Notes under the pieces: model-generated
The model's input: the letters and a program-made list of their open reading frames with translations, nothing else
What the model was told of the DNA's origin: nothing
The model's database searches: none
Position numbers and translations under genes: made by a program
Source of the DNA: a virus
IMG/VR virus record: IMGVR_UViG_3300032242_001941
Location: 1-64,000 of that record
Direction: 5' to 3' (one strand)
Length of the DNA stretch: 64,000 nt
Shown: piece by piece, positions 19,421 through 29,819 of the stretch
Layout: the number at the start of each line of letters is the position of its first letter
How positions within the stretch are numbered: position 1 is the first letter of the stretch

Positions 19421-20510
19421 TTGGTGCCCTGACATCTATCACAACTTGTTTGTTGACCGCTACAATGACGATTCAATACGTGTTGCTCCGTGTTGTCAAG
19501 CAACCGCGTCTGTCGAATCAATTGATACTTTTAACTTTGAATCTAATCCATATTTAAATAAATTAAGAGAGCAATTTAAAAATAATGAACGACCGACGGA
19601 ATGTCAAGCCTGTTGGGTTGCCGAAGATGTAGGCCATCAAAGTCGTCGTCAACTTCGAATTGAAGGAGATTCAGCAATTGATAAAATTGACCATGATGTA
19701 GTGCTTACAGGATTAGATCATTCAGCTACTTGGGCGTGTAATCTTGCTTGCATCATGTGCGGACCGATTAACAGCAGTACCTGGGCCAAGGAGCTGGCAT
19801 TTACCAAACAACAATTGATTGAATTAGGTAGATATTTACAAAAAACAAACAGATTTGTTGACGTACTTGATTTATCAAATATTACCAAAGTTTATTTCAA
19901 TGGCGGCGAACCATTATTGAACAACGAACATTTAACTCTATTACAAACATTAGATAAACAAGATCTTTTAAAAAATGTTGATTTAAGCTATACTAGTAAT
20001 GGTACCATTAGCCCTTCACAACAGGTCAAAGACCTGTGGAATAAGGCTCGGTCGGTAGGATTATGTTTTAGTATTGATGCTACCAACGATGCGTTTAACT
20101 ATGTAAGGCACCCAGGAGATTGGAACGTGGCCAGTAATAACATAACAAAGCTAATACACTCCTCTGACAAATTAAACATTTCAATCAATATAACTGTGGG
20201 TAATTATAATGTGTTAGAAGTCATTGATGTGTATAATTGGTTTCAAACAATCTTACCCAATACTCCAAAATCATTTTATCCGCAATTTGTCAATTGGCCA
20301 CATTTTAACCTAGAACATTTGCCATTGTCGGTTAAACACAGAGTAATTGAGGAATTAAAAGGTATTGAAATTCTCAGTGGAATTGTGAATTATATCAACT
20401 CTACCATGGATTCACCGGTGTCAGACCATTGGATAAACGTTCTTAATCAAATTGACTCTCGTCGAGGAACAAATTGGAAGGAATCTTTAAAAATTGGAAA
20501 ATATTATTAA
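19401..20510 (+). CDS. Radical SAM protein (SPASM/Twitch-like N-terminus)
   Basis: CNLACIMC, GGEP, PCC, CQAC. Confidence 0.88.
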   Translation: MLKDYGNWCPDIYHNLFVDRYNDDSIRVAPCCQATASVESIDTFNFESNPYLNKLREQFKNNERPTECQACWVAEDVGHQSRRQLRIEGDSAIDKIDHDVVLTGLDHSATWACNLACIMCGPINSSTWAKELAFTKQQLIELGRYLQKTNRFVDVLDLSNITKVYFNGGEPLLNNEHLTLLQTLDKQDLLKNVDLSYTSNGTISPSQQVKDLWNKARSVGLCFSIDATNDAFNYVRHPGDWNVASNNITKLIHSSDKLNISINITVGNYNVLEVIDVYNWFQTILPNTPKSFYPQFVNWPHFNLEHLPLSVKHRVIEELKGIEILSGIVNYINSTMDSPVSDHWINVLNQIDSRRGTNWKESLKIGKYY

Positions 20511-20539
20511 AAGGAATTTATTTTGTTAAAAGACTACGG
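19401..20539 (+). repeat. 17-bp direct repeat TTGTTAAAAGACTACGG at 19401-19417 and 20523-20539
   Basis: Exact match; both copies start a gene (MLKDYG). Confidence 0.95.
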
Positions 20540-21932
20540 GCTTGATGTCCAACGACTATTCTTAGAAATGATGTTGCAAGACGCAGAGTCTTATGTGCGT
20601 GTGCAGAACATTTATAATCCAGAAAACTTTGATCGCAGCCTACGTCCGGTAGCTGAGTTCATTGCTACACACAGTAATGAATATAAAACATTACCGGGTA
20701 CAGAGCAGATTCGAGCCGCAACAGGTGTAGAGTTAAAACATATTCCTGATTTAAATGAGGGTCATTTTGAGTGGTTCATGACCGAGTTTGAAGGCTTTAC
20801 TCGTAGACAAGAACTAGAACGAGCAATTTTAAAATCAGCAGACTTGTTGGAGAAGGGCGAGTATGATCCTGTAGAAAAACTGATCAAAGATGCGGTGCAG
20901 ATCAGTTTGACCAAAGATATGGGTACAGATTATTTTGCAGATCCAAGACTTCGTATTGACAAATACTTCAACTCGGGTGGACAAGTAAGCACAGGATGGC
21001 CACAAATGGACAAGATCTTGTACGGCGGATTTAGTCGTGGGGAACTTAACATTTTTGCTGGCGGATCTGGGTCGGGTAAGAGTTTGGTTATGATGAACAT
21101 AGCACTAAGTTGGCTACAAGCAGGACTCAGTGGTGTGTATATTAGTTTAGAACTTTCAGAAGAACTATGTGCCCTGCGTACGGATGCCATGTTGGCAGGA
21201 ATGAGTACCAAAGAGATTCGCAAGGATATTGATCAAACTGAACTTAAGGTTAAACTGGTAAGCAAGAAAGCTGGACAGTATCGTATCAAAGCACTGCCAG
21301 CACAGAGCAATATCAATGACATTCGCAGTTACATCAAGGAAGTGCAAGTGCAAACAGGTATTAAGGTAGACTTTATCATGTGCGATTACTTGGACCTGTT
21401 GATGCCGGTCAGTGCCAAGGTCAGTCCCAATGACCTGTTTGTCAAAGACAAGTACGTTTCAGAAGAGTTGCGTAACTTGGCCAAAGAACTTAATGTGTTG
21501 TTTGTTACAGCATCGCAGTTGAATCGTAGTGCGGTAGAAGAAATTGAATTTGACCATAGTCATATTAGTGGTGGTATTTCAAAGATTAATACTGCGGATA
21601 ATGTGTTTGGTATCTTTACAAGTCGTGCTATGCGCGAACGTGGCAAGTATCAGATTCAGTGTATGAAGTCGCGCTCTAGTACAGGTGTTGGTATGAAGAT
21701 TGATTTAGATTACAACATCGAAACTATGCGTATCACAGACCCAGGCGAAGAAGCCGGTCCTGTTAATTCGTTTGCCAAAGGCAATTTGTTAGACAGTATC
21801 AAAGCCAAAAGCACAATGATTAATGGAACAGAATCAGTAAATCCAGCCGATAGAGAAGAAACTGTTAAGATTACCGCAGATGTGCAAAGTGCCAAACTAA
21901 AGCAGTTATTGGGACAAATTAAACAATCTTAA
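20523..21932 (+). CDS. Replicative DNA helicase (gp41/DnaB-like)
   Basis: GGSGSGKS, ISLELSE, DYLDL, TASQLNR, KSR. Confidence 0.93.
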   Translation: MLKDYGLDVQRLFLEMMLQDAESYVRVQNIYNPENFDRSLRPVAEFIATHSNEYKTLPGTEQIRAATGVELKHIPDLNEGHFEWFMTEFEGFTRRQELERAILKSADLLEKGEYDPVEKLIKDAVQISLTKDMGTDYFADPRLRIDKYFNSGGQVSTGWPQMDKILYGGFSRGELNIFAGGSGSGKSLVMMNIALSWLQAGLSGVYISLELSEELCALRTDAMLAGMSTKEIRKDIDQTELKVKLVSKKAGQYRIKALPAQSNINDIRSYIKEVQVQTGIKVDFIMCDYLDLLMPVSAKVSPNDLFVKDKYVSEELRNLAKELNVLFVTASQLNRSAVEEIEFDHSHISGGISKINTADNVFGIFTSRAMRERGKYQIQCMKSRSSTGVGMKIDLDYNIETMRITDPGEEAGPVNSFAKGNLLDSIKAKSTMINGTESVNPADREETVKITADVQSAKLKQLLGQIKQS

Positions 21933-22957
21933 TCAGTTAAAATTCTTGCAATTTCTGGCAGGTAATTTTTAATGTCAATGCGTTTAGCAAGATCCTGTGC
22001 TTGTATTTTATTTTTATATTCAGCAAGATCAATTTCGTCTCCGGTTATACTTGCCCATGGAGCCGCAAAAGAATTTTCAGATAGTAGTTCCTTTAATTCT
22101 ACCGGCATTGCAGTCAAACTTAACCAGTTTGGATAATTTACAATATTATGATTGTATCTAAGACCTTGTTGAGTAAACCAATTAACAGTTTGATCATGAT
22201 AAAAGATGTTTAACGAGCTTATAGTGTATGATATACTAATATTTTTAGTAATCTTTTGATAGTCCGCAATATTTTTAATTACTTGATCCCACTTTGCCGG
22301 CCATCTTAGATATTCAAACACAGGACCAATTCCATCAACACTTATACAAATATTTAAATCTGTGAATTTTGATAACAGATCTAATTGTGTTTGTTTTAAA
22401 TTAATACTGCCGTTGGTTATAATTGATACAAAACAATCGGTATTTTTATGTTCTACAAGTTTTTCCAATATGGTAAATGTTTTTGGATCAAAAAATGGTT
22501 CGCCGCCTAGTAGGCTAATACGTCGAGCAGAAGAATAATTAATATCTGTTTCCTCTAAATTAATTTCGGTTAAATTTATTGGTGTTGCACCCATTTTTCT
22601 TTCAACCTCTGCCCACTTAGTTGAAGCCATACTTCCGCAGGACACACAGGCCTGATTACAAAGATTGCTTGTGGTTATTTGATAAATTACAGGGGTAATT
22701 TGAGTTGTAGCACAATTGTATCTTATTAAATGTAGATCACGATCAAGTTTATAGTCTAGGAATTCATTTTCCAGTTGTCTTCTACTTTTTTGACCAATTG
22801 ATTCTACGGTCCAACATCTTGAACAAGCTGGTGATTTAGTTCCGGCCAATAGATCAATTTTTAATTGATTTACATTGGTATCTTTGGGTAATAAGCAGCA
22901 GGGAGTGTTGGCAGGTAGTTCTGTACTATACCAAGGCAAAACGCAAAATGTATCCAT
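21929..22957 (-). CDS. Radical SAM protein (SPASM/Twitch-like N-terminus)
   Basis: MDTFCVLPW, PCC, CSRC, CNQACVSC, GGEP; TAAATA 4 nt before the ATG. Confidence 0.88.
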   Translation of the reverse strand: MDTFCVLPWYSTELPANTPCCLLPKDTNVNQLKIDLLAGTKSPACSRCWTVESIGQKSRRQLENEFLDYKLDRDLHLIRYNCATTQITPVIYQITTSNLCNQACVSCGSMASTKWAEVERKMGATPINLTEINLEETDINYSSARRISLLGGEPFFDPKTFTILEKLVEHKNTDCFVSIITNGSINLKQTQLDLLSKFTDLNICISVDGIGPVFEYLRWPAKWDQVIKNIADYQKITKNISISYTISSLNIFYHDQTVNWFTQQGLRYNHNIVNYPNWLSLTAMPVELKELLSENSFAAPWASITGDEIDLAEYKNKIQAQDLAKRIDIKNYLPEIARILTD

Positions 22958-23019
22958 CTCGTATTTAAGGATAGTATGTGCTATAATTAAATAAATAATA
23001 AAAAGGTTCTGGACCCAAA

Positions 23020-23268
23020 ATGCAAAAGAAAACTCGTAGTTTATTAGAAGAATTGGACTCAATGTACATTGAGCGAGATCAGCGCCATGTTATTGAAAAC
23101 CGCGCCGCTAATGTCATTGCCAGTGCTATACGCTTGTTAGAGCAGATTGATGAAAGTTATAATCTTGAAGACGCCCAGAATCTCCAACGCAAATTGCTCA
23201 ACGCTATTAATCAACGTGATCCCGGCAAGTTTACCCGCACAGTGAGACGTACCGATGCAAATTCATGA
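23020..23268 (+). CDS. Hypothetical protein
   Basis: 82-aa ORF preceded by TAAATA. Confidence 0.75.
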   Translation: MQKKTRSLLEELDSMYIERDQRHVIENRAANVIASAIRLLEQIDESYNLEDAQNLQRKLLNAINQRDPGKFTRTVRRTDANS

Positions 23269-24346
23269 AATAACAGAATCTCGAGTTAAAGAAGGATTCC
23301 TTGGAGATCTTGGCGGTGTTGCTAAGGGAGTTGGCAAGAATATTTTTACAGCCGCGGGCGGTGGTGACCTTGGTCCAGGTAATGCTGCCAAAAGTGCCGC
23401 CGGAAGTGCTGCTGGATTAGCCGCACAAGGGTATGGACCTAATTATCAAAAACCCAGTGAAAAATGGCAAGACAAGTATAAACAAATCTCAACGGATCCA
23501 ACAATTAAACAGTATGCGGCCAGCATAGCTCAAGGCTGGATTAAAAATTCTGGTAATTTAATTCCTGCAAGTGCCGGCGCCCAAGGATCTAATATTACTG
23601 CTCAACTATTGCCAATTTTAACAAGCGCCGGCAAAAGAAATAAAAATACACTGTCGACAACACAAATTGGTCAAATTTTAGCTAAAGGTGCTCCGACTAT
23701 CTGGAAAAATACTATAGATAAATCTAAAGCAATTTCAGAATTAGCCAAGCAATTGGCTGCACAAGGCATTACCGTCCAGGAACTTCCTGGTGCTGGAGCG
23801 ACCACTGCAACCACACCAGCAACAAAACCAATAACAAAATATTCCTATAATAAACCTGGACAAATGAGTTCAGAATTAGCCGGAAGTAAAACTGGACAGA
23901 ATATGCAGAAAATGTTTGGAGCACCCAAAGGTGGCATCCAAGACATGCAGTCTGATCTTAATGAAACAATATCTCCAGCTGCCGAACAGTATAAACAAGC
24001 CTTTATTCAATACACTGATCAACAATTTGCAACCAAAGTGCCTAACACTGGCGAAACTATAACTATGGATATGGTTCGCGCTCATCAACAAGGCCTGGGT
24101 GCGGAACTAACAAAGGCCCTGGATCAAATTGTTCAAACTCAAGGAACCTCTGCACAGGCTGCTGCCATTGAAAACTATGCCAAATTAGCAGTAGCCGGAG
24201 TTCAAGCCGAGGCACAGCGTTCAAAAAATCAATACGGTACTCAACAAACTAGCCTTGGGATTGGTTCTCGAGACCTTGCTAGTCTCAAAGCTCTAGCTCA
24301 AACACCGGCTGGTAAAGAGATGTTAATAAAACAATTGGGCCTTTAA
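23255..24346 (+). CDS. Probable head-internal/virion protein
   Basis: MQIHEITE..VKEG leader (hydrophobic-x-E prohead-protease-type sites); Ala/Gln/Gly-rich. Confidence 0.55.
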   Translation: MQIHEITESRVKEGFLGDLGGVAKGVGKNIFTAAGGGDLGPGNAAKSAAGSAAGLAAQGYGPNYQKPSEKWQDKYKQISTDPTIKQYAASIAQGWIKNSGNLIPASAGAQGSNITAQLLPILTSAGKRNKNTLSTTQIGQILAKGAPTIWKNTIDKSKAISELAKQLAAQGITVQELPGAGATTATTPATKPITKYSYNKPGQMSSELAGSKTGQNMQKMFGAPKGGIQDMQSDLNETISPAAEQYKQAFIQYTDQQFATKVPNTGETITMDMVRAHQQGLGAELTKALDQIVQTQGTSAQAAAIENYAKLAVAGVQAEAQRSKNQYGTQQTSLGIGSRDLASLKALAQTPAGKEMLIKQLGL

Positions 24347-24347
24347 T

Positions 24348-26243
24348 ATGAAAATTTTTGAAGGCGGCAACGTATTCAAGGATGCCAACGGTCGCGCACT
24401 TACTCAACGTATCAATCAGACTGATGTAAAAACAACATTAGCCTGGTTAGAAGAATTAGTTCCTGGGATTGACCTGCAAAATAACACACTTGGATCTACA
24501 GGAATCAAAGACACATCCGGCGATTTGGATATTGCTGTAGATGCAAATGCAGTAACCAAGGATCAATTAGAGCACAGGCTCAAACAATGGGCTACCAGTC
24601 ATGGATTCAAACCCGAAGACTATGTAAAGAAATCCGGTACTGCGGTACACTTTCTTACACCAATCAACGGCCGTCCTGATCTGGGTTATGTGCAATCAGA
24701 CTTTATGTTTCTTAACAATGTACCTTGGTCAAAGTTTGTACTTGGTGCCATGCCAGCTGACAGCAAGTATAAAGGGCGCGAACGTAATGTCCTAATGAAC
24801 TCAATTGCCAAGTCAATGGGCTACAAATTAAACCAAATTGCTGGCATTGCTGACCGTACCACCAACAAACTTATTACTGATGATCCAGATCGGGTAGCAA
24901 AGTTATTATTAAACAAAACTGCTACACGTCAAGACCTGGCCAGCGTAGAAACAATACTACAAGCACTTAGCACAGATCCCAAACGAGAAGCTAAATTAGC
25001 AGACTTTAAACAGCACATGGAACGTGAGGGCTTGCCTTTCTTGGAAGATACAATGGAAAGCGCAGAGATTCCTTTGGTCACTGGATATACCGAAGTCAAC
25101 TTCTTAGCTAAACTACGTGATCGTATTGTTAACCAAGGCATGCGTCCCCTGATTGAAACTACCTTAATGGAAGCCGAAGCACGTATTCCGCACATTGAAG
25201 ACCTGGTGTTTGATCGAGGCACACGCGGTGTTGAAGAAGCCATGAGTATAATAAACCATGCCGCCGAGGACACACGCAAACACACTACAGTTAAATGGGA
25301 CGGCAAGCCAGCTATTATCTGGGGGCGTGACGAGAACGGTAATTTTGTTTTAACTGACAAGTCCGGGTTTGGTGCCAAAGGATATGCGGGACGTGCCACC
25401 AGCATGCAACAACTAGCTGGCATTATGCAAGCCCGTGGCGGTGAGCGAGGCGAACTGATCGGCATCTATGAGAAGTTGTGGCCCTTGTTAGAAGCCGCAA
25501 CTCCGCCAAACTTTAAAGGCTACATCCAAGGCGATTTGCTTTATACCGAAACTCCACCAGAAATATCTGGAGCATATAACTTTAAACCCAACTTTGTAGA
25601 ATATCGTATTCCGGCCGCTAGCCGTCTTGGCCAAGCAATTGGCTCGAGTGAAGTAGGCATTGCTGCACACACTCGTTATAAAACTGCCGATGCACAGCCA
25701 GAACCTATACATCATATTAACTTGAATAAAGTTCCAGGACTACTAATTGTTGAACCCACAGTCAAAGACATTAAGAACGTTACACCCAATAAAAAATTAG
25801 TTCAACAACTACGTCAACTAGTTACTCAACATGGTGCCGCAATCAACGGCTTGTTTAATCCTAGTGAACTCAGAACAGCACAGCTCAGCGATTTGCCTGC
25901 ACTATGCAAGCGTTATGTCAATTCAAGAATTACTACAGATTACGAAAACTTGTTGCCAGATTTTGGCGCTTGGCTACAAAAGTCAGTAACTCCACGCAAG
26001 TATAACAACATTGTAGAATACCTACAAAGTCCCAGAAGCAATATGGATGGCATCACAGCGGCATTCAGTGCTTTTATGCTACTACACGAAATTAAAACAG
26101 ATATGCTGGCCCAGCTAGATCGTCAAGAGCCTGGGCACGAAGGCTGGGTACTGGCTACCCCTGCAGGCCGTGCTAAACTAGTCAATAGATTTGGGTTTAG
26201 TGCTGGAAATCGCATTCTAAACAACCCTAATTTGGCTACCTAG
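24348..26243 (+). CDS. Two-domain protein: Pol-beta-type nucleotidyltransferase plus ATP-dependent ligase-like domain
   Basis: LGST..KDTSGDLDIAVD; TVKWDG, IQGDLLY, HEGWV, AKLVNR. Confidence 0.7.
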   Translation: MKIFEGGNVFKDANGRALTQRINQTDVKTTLAWLEELVPGIDLQNNTLGSTGIKDTSGDLDIAVDANAVTKDQLEHRLKQWATSHGFKPEDYVKKSGTAVHFLTPINGRPDLGYVQSDFMFLNNVPWSKFVLGAMPADSKYKGRERNVLMNSIAKSMGYKLNQIAGIADRTTNKLITDDPDRVAKLLLNKTATRQDLASVETILQALSTDPKREAKLADFKQHMEREGLPFLEDTMESAEIPLVTGYTEVNFLAKLRDRIVNQGMRPLIETTLMEAEARIPHIEDLVFDRGTRGVEEAMSIINHAAEDTRKHTTVKWDGKPAIIWGRDENGNFVLTDKSGFGAKGYAGRATSMQQLAGIMQARGGERGELIGIYEKLWPLLEAATPPNFKGYIQGDLLYTETPPEISGAYNFKPNFVEYRIPAASRLGQAIGSSEVGIAAHTRYKTADAQPEPIHHINLNKVPGLLIVEPTVKDIKNVTPNKKLVQQLRQLVTQHGAAINGLFNPSELRTAQLSDLPALCKRYVNSRITTDYENLLPDFGAWLQKSVTPRKYNNIVEYLQSPRSNMDGITAAFSAFMLLHEIKTDMLAQLDRQEPGHEGWVLATPAGRAKLVNRFGFSAGNRILNNPNLAT

Positions 26244-26313
26244 CTCTCTTTTTTTACCCCAAATGGTAAATACAAGCAGACCCATTGAGGTCACATATTA
26301 AGGAGATTTAAAA

Positions 26314-26715
26314 ATGGCTTATATTACTAAAGTTTCTGGTGGATCACAACCAGTATTCAACCTAGACGTATTAAACGGTAACGTTCCACAAACAGCTAAC
26401 ATTGCTGCTCAGGGTCCTTTCAACCCAGCAGGTCCTAAGTTAGACTTCTACACTTTCACAGCTAACGCAACAATGGCTAGCCAAGGTGGTGTAAATCAGT
26501 TTGTTTCTAACGTATTGCAAGCTCTGCAACAGACAACTACAGTTGCTATCGCTCAAGTTGGTCCTGGACCAACGACGTTGAGTGTTGCTACATACCCAGT
26601 TGGCGCATTTGCTAACGTTGCTTTGGCTTTGGCTGCTGCACAGTCAGCAAACGGCACAATCGGTATCAGCTCTGCTGTTGGTTCTGCAACATTCACAAAC
26701 TTAGCTGATCTATAA
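26314..26715 (+). CDS. Probable abundant virion protein
   Basis: Strong AAGGAG SD, TAAATA upstream, highly biased codons, terminator downstream. Confidence 0.65.
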   Translation: MAYITKVSGGSQPVFNLDVLNGNVPQTANIAAQGPFNPAGPKLDFYTFTANATMASQGGVNQFVSNVLQALQQTTTVAIAQVGPGPTTLSVATYPVGAFANVALALAAAQSANGTIGISSAVGSATFTNLADL

Positions 26716-26738
26716 TCGGTTACGTTTGTAACCACACT

Positions 26739-26761
26739 AAACCTGCTTAGGCAGGTTTTTT
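26739..26761 (+). terminator. Rho-independent terminator
   Basis: AAACCTGC-TTAG-GCAGGTTT+TTT. Confidence 0.8.
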
Positions 26762-26792
26762 GTTGACTTGTTTTTTGTAGTTAAATACTAGT

Positions 26793-27047
26793 ATGGCCGC
26801 AAACAAAATTACAGAAGTAACCATATACGAAAGTCCCGACGGTGGGCGCACTGTGTATGCTCGTCGACCAGGTAGTAGCAAAAGAGAATTATACAGTCAA
26901 GACCCTAAGTTACAATTAGAACTTGCAGAACTAGAACGTGAAAAACGTTGGGTTGATATATTTGGAGCACGTAAAACAAATCAAGAACTTGACCGTCTGT
27001 GTGAGCAGGTAGAAATACTTTACCAACTAAGTCAACGAGAACAATGA
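26793..27047 (+). CDS. Hypothetical protein (IYESPDGG motif)
   Basis: ORF; TAAATA 5 nt upstream. Confidence 0.75.
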   Translation: MAANKITEVTIYESPDGGRTVYARRPGSSKRELYSQDPKLQLELAELEREKRWVDIFGARKTNQELDRLCEQVEILYQLSQREQ

Positions 27048-27472
27048 AATACGTTTGCCAAACTCGATTTGATATTACAGCCACAGGTGTCACAGGACAC
27101 TACAAATCTGCACGTATTCCTTTTCTAGATCGAGCAGGGCAAACTATTAAAAACGAAGAATCCTGGAACCGTAGCCGTAATCAACAACGCAATTGGGAAA
27201 CACTTACACAAATTTTAAGCCTGCGTACACAGTTATTTTTGTTAACAGATCCTGTACAAGACCTAACCGGCACACGATGGATGTTTGAATTTGAAACTGA
27301 ATCTGATGGCATATACGGACCCGATTCTGATCCTGTGTTAATTTTAAGATCTGATGCCAACGGCGTTCCTATGTTACGTGAGCTCAACAACGACCCAGAT
27401 ATTGAAAATGTCTTGGTCACAGAGGGTGCTCAGCAGAATATTTGGTTTGCACCTATTTCCATAAATAATTGA
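27044..27472 (+). CDS. Hypothetical protein
   Basis: Coupled ORF, 142 aa. Confidence 0.75.
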   Translation: MKYVCQTRFDITATGVTGHYKSARIPFLDRAGQTIKNEESWNRSRNQQRNWETLTQILSLRTQLFLLTDPVQDLTGTRWMFEFETESDGIYGPDSDPVLILRSDANGVPMLRELNNDPDIENVLVTEGAQQNIWFAPISINN

Positions 27473-27485
27473 TGGAGATTAAATT

Positions 27486-27752
27486 ATGACTGTTGAAGCC
27501 ACAGATATTGAAAAGAAAAGCCTAGAAGCTCACGTTGAATTATGTGCTGAACGTTATAATGCGTTAGAAGACAAAATGGAAACTATGAGTAAAAATATTT
27601 CTCATCTTTGCGTTATGGTTGCAGAAGTTAAATCAAGTGTTAGTAAATTAAATGAAAAGAATACTGATAGGCTAATCACTTGGGGTATTGGAATCATTGG
27701 ATTCCTTACTGCTTCTACCGTCTATCTTATTTCCCATTACGTAATTAAATGA
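27486..27752 (+). CDS. Coiled-coil protein with C-terminal TM helix
   Basis: GGAG SD; heptad region then LITWGIGIIGFLTASTVYLI. Confidence 0.7.
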   Translation: MTVEATDIEKKSLEAHVELCAERYNALEDKMETMSKNISHLCVMVAEVKSSVSKLNEKNTDRLITWGIGIIGFLTASTVYLISHYVIK

Positions 27753-28246
27753 ATACAACCCAGGAATTCAAACAATTATTCCACCAAGAATTTCGCGACA
27801 TTATGCCCAACACTATTTGGCAAAATGACTCAGGCGAATACGAAGTATTTGGACACTATCGCATACACGCAGAACGCCCGGGATATAGAGTATTTTGTAG
27901 CGCCACCGACGTGGGTGTGTTTAGTAGCACCCGTACAGCACTTAGCTGGTGTATAGCTGATAAACATCGTGCCTACAACACTGCTAGAGAACTATTAACC
28001 ATAGATACTAAACTAGCCGCACTAACACAAGATATCAGTGCTAGAGCCGCAGTAGGCGATCGTAGTCAAAATCCACAGTTGCGTGAGACTATTTTAACCA
28101 AGTTAGAAACCAAGATTATACAGAAAAAACTACTGGAAAATCAATTGTCCAAATGTGTAAACTGGGCTAAATATATTCAACAACGAGGATTTGATAATGA
28201 AACTCAACGAACTGGCCGTAGTCAGCCCAACAAAACAAGCCGCTAA
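27749..28246 (+). CDS. Hypothetical protein
   Basis: Coupled ORF, 165 aa. Confidence 0.7.
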   Translation: MNTTQEFKQLFHQEFRDIMPNTIWQNDSGEYEVFGHYRIHAERPGYRVFCSATDVGVFSSTRTALSWCIADKHRAYNTARELLTIDTKLAALTQDISARAAVGDRSQNPQLRETILTKLETKIIQKKLLENQLSKCVNWAKYIQQRGFDNETQRTGRSQPNKTSR

Positions 28247-29057
28247 AGTATTCGAAAGTTACTTTGGTAACAGCATTCGATTTGATCAAGTTACACCAGC
28301 ACAAGCTCGTGGCATGCTCAAACGTGTCCGTAATTTAATTGCTGAACACCGCAGAACTCCAGGTTTTCACAGCAGTGAACACAATCCAAGTTATTTGAAA
28401 TTGGTCATGATGGAGCAGGCCTTGGCAACCCAAGCTGTAGCTCCTGTTGGCAGCGCACCAATGGATCCACAGAAACAAGCTGGTTTGATGGCTGCACAAG
28501 TCCAACAAAATCAAAAAGCAAAACAAGATCAACTTACAGCATTAAAAAAACAAAGAGCCGATCTTGACAAACAAATAGCTCAAGCTCAACAAACATTAAA
28601 TAATCCAACTATGGCCATGGCTGAAAGTCGCCTTGCTCGCCGTTTGCGCGAAGCTAGTGAAATTCAACAAGCTCAGGTTGTATTGGCTGCACAAGACATG
28701 GTCGACCAGGTTCAAAAAATGAGTGAACAAGTTAGTGCTATGCAGTTTAAAGACTTGCCGGCATTGGTTGATCAAATTAAAAATGAAGTTGGTGTTGACC
28801 AAGCTACTCAATTCAATGGTGATGCAAGTGCTGCATTGAGTGGTCTGTTGCAAAACCTAGGCGGTGCCAAACAACAACTAGAAGCTTCTCTTGGTGTAGT
28901 TACAGGACAAGCTCCACAAGTTCCGGGCGAGGATATGACCGCTACAGATATGGGTGCTGAATTGCCAGCTGAATTGCCTGCTCCGGGCGAAGAAGAAGTT
29001 ACTGACACCGAGACGGAAATTGAGCCCATTGCTGGTCTAGGACGTGAACGTAGATAA
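28197..29057 (+). CDS. Probable head/prohead-core protein
   Basis: MKLNEL leader, LREASE motif, coiled coil, acidic tail; GAGG SD. Confidence 0.55.
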   Translation: MKLNELAVVSPTKQAAKVFESYFGNSIRFDQVTPAQARGMLKRVRNLIAEHRRTPGFHSSEHNPSYLKLVMMEQALATQAVAPVGSAPMDPQKQAGLMAAQVQQNQKAKQDQLTALKKQRADLDKQIAQAQQTLNNPTMAMAESRLARRLREASEIQQAQVVLAAQDMVDQVQKMSEQVSAMQFKDLPALVDQIKNEVGVDQATQFNGDASAALSGLLQNLGGAKQQLEASLGVVTGQAPQVPGEDMTATDMGAELPAELPAPGEEEVTDTETEIEPIAGLGRERR

Positions 29058-29392
29058 TGTTAATCCGCGAAGTTGCAGATCATAATACACAAAGACTGGC
29101 TGCATTAAGCCAGTTTTTGCTTGGCCGAAGCAATGACGAGTCTGCCAAAAAACAAATTAGTCAGCAGGCCTTTATTGACCTGGCTAAAAGTTTGGGTGTA
29201 AATGTTACCCTAGAAAATCTAGGCGATCTGATTAGTCAAGAACCACTTAGCAATATCTTAGAACCACTTGACCCTAATAGTGGTGTAGTTCGATTCAAAG
29301 GCAACACCGAAGCCGAAACCGGAATGAGTGTAGACCAAGCTAGAGCCGTGGTGGATTCTAATGCCAAAGCGGCAATGAAACGCCGTCAATAA
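29057..29392 (+). CDS. Hypothetical (probable virion) protein
   Basis: MLIREV leader; coupled ORF. Confidence 0.65.
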   Translation: MLIREVADHNTQRLAALSQFLLGRSNDESAKKQISQQAFIDLAKSLGVNVTLENLGDLISQEPLSNILEPLDPNSGVVRFKGNTEAETGMSVDQARAVVDSNAKAAMKRRQ

Positions 29393-29401
29393 CCAAAACT
29401 G

Positions 29402-29430
29402 TTGTAAATAATTAGATAGCATGTTATAAT
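29402..29430 (+). promoter_or_regulatory. sigma70-type promoter for iscU-iscA
   Basis: TTGTAA-17-TATAAT with TG extension; overlapping TAAATA. Confidence 0.6.
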
Positions 29431-29447
29431 ATACAAAGGAGTATACA

Positions 29448-29819
29448 ATGGCCTATTCAGAAAAAGTAATCGATCATTATGAAAATCCACGCAATGTGGG
29501 CAAAATGGAAATAGACGACACAGTGGGAACAGGTATGGTTGGAGCTCCTGCCTGCGGTGATGTAATGAAGTTGCAAATTCGAGTTGAAGATGGGATTATA
29601 ACAGATGCAAAATTCAAAACTTATGGTTGTGGGTCGGCGATCGCTTCATCGTCACTTGTCACAGAATGGGTCAAGGGCAAAACGCTGGACGAGGCTGGAT
29701 CAATTAAGAATTCTCAAATTGCAGAGGAACTCGCACTCCCGCCGGTTAAGATCCATTGTAGTATCCTTGCGGAAGACGCTATTAAGGCTGCAGTAGCAGA
29801 TTACAGAAGCAAGCATTAA
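29448..29819 (+). CDS. iscU: Fe-S cluster scaffold IscU
   Basis: [42 protein letters not shown]. Confidence 0.97.
   Translation: MAYSEKVIDHYENPRNVGKMEIDDTVGTGMVGAPACGDVMKLQIRVEDGIITDAKFKTYGCGSAIASSSLVTEWVKGKTLDEAGSIKNSQIAEELALPPVKIHCSILAEDAIKAAVADYRSKH

Noticed and set aside
22958-23062. ORF-track N-terminal extensions (also 9895, 14609, 48198, 48721, 50725, 53599, 61757, 63030)
   Set aside because: They run through promoters or upstream genes; downstream starts fit SD, promoter position and family N-termini better
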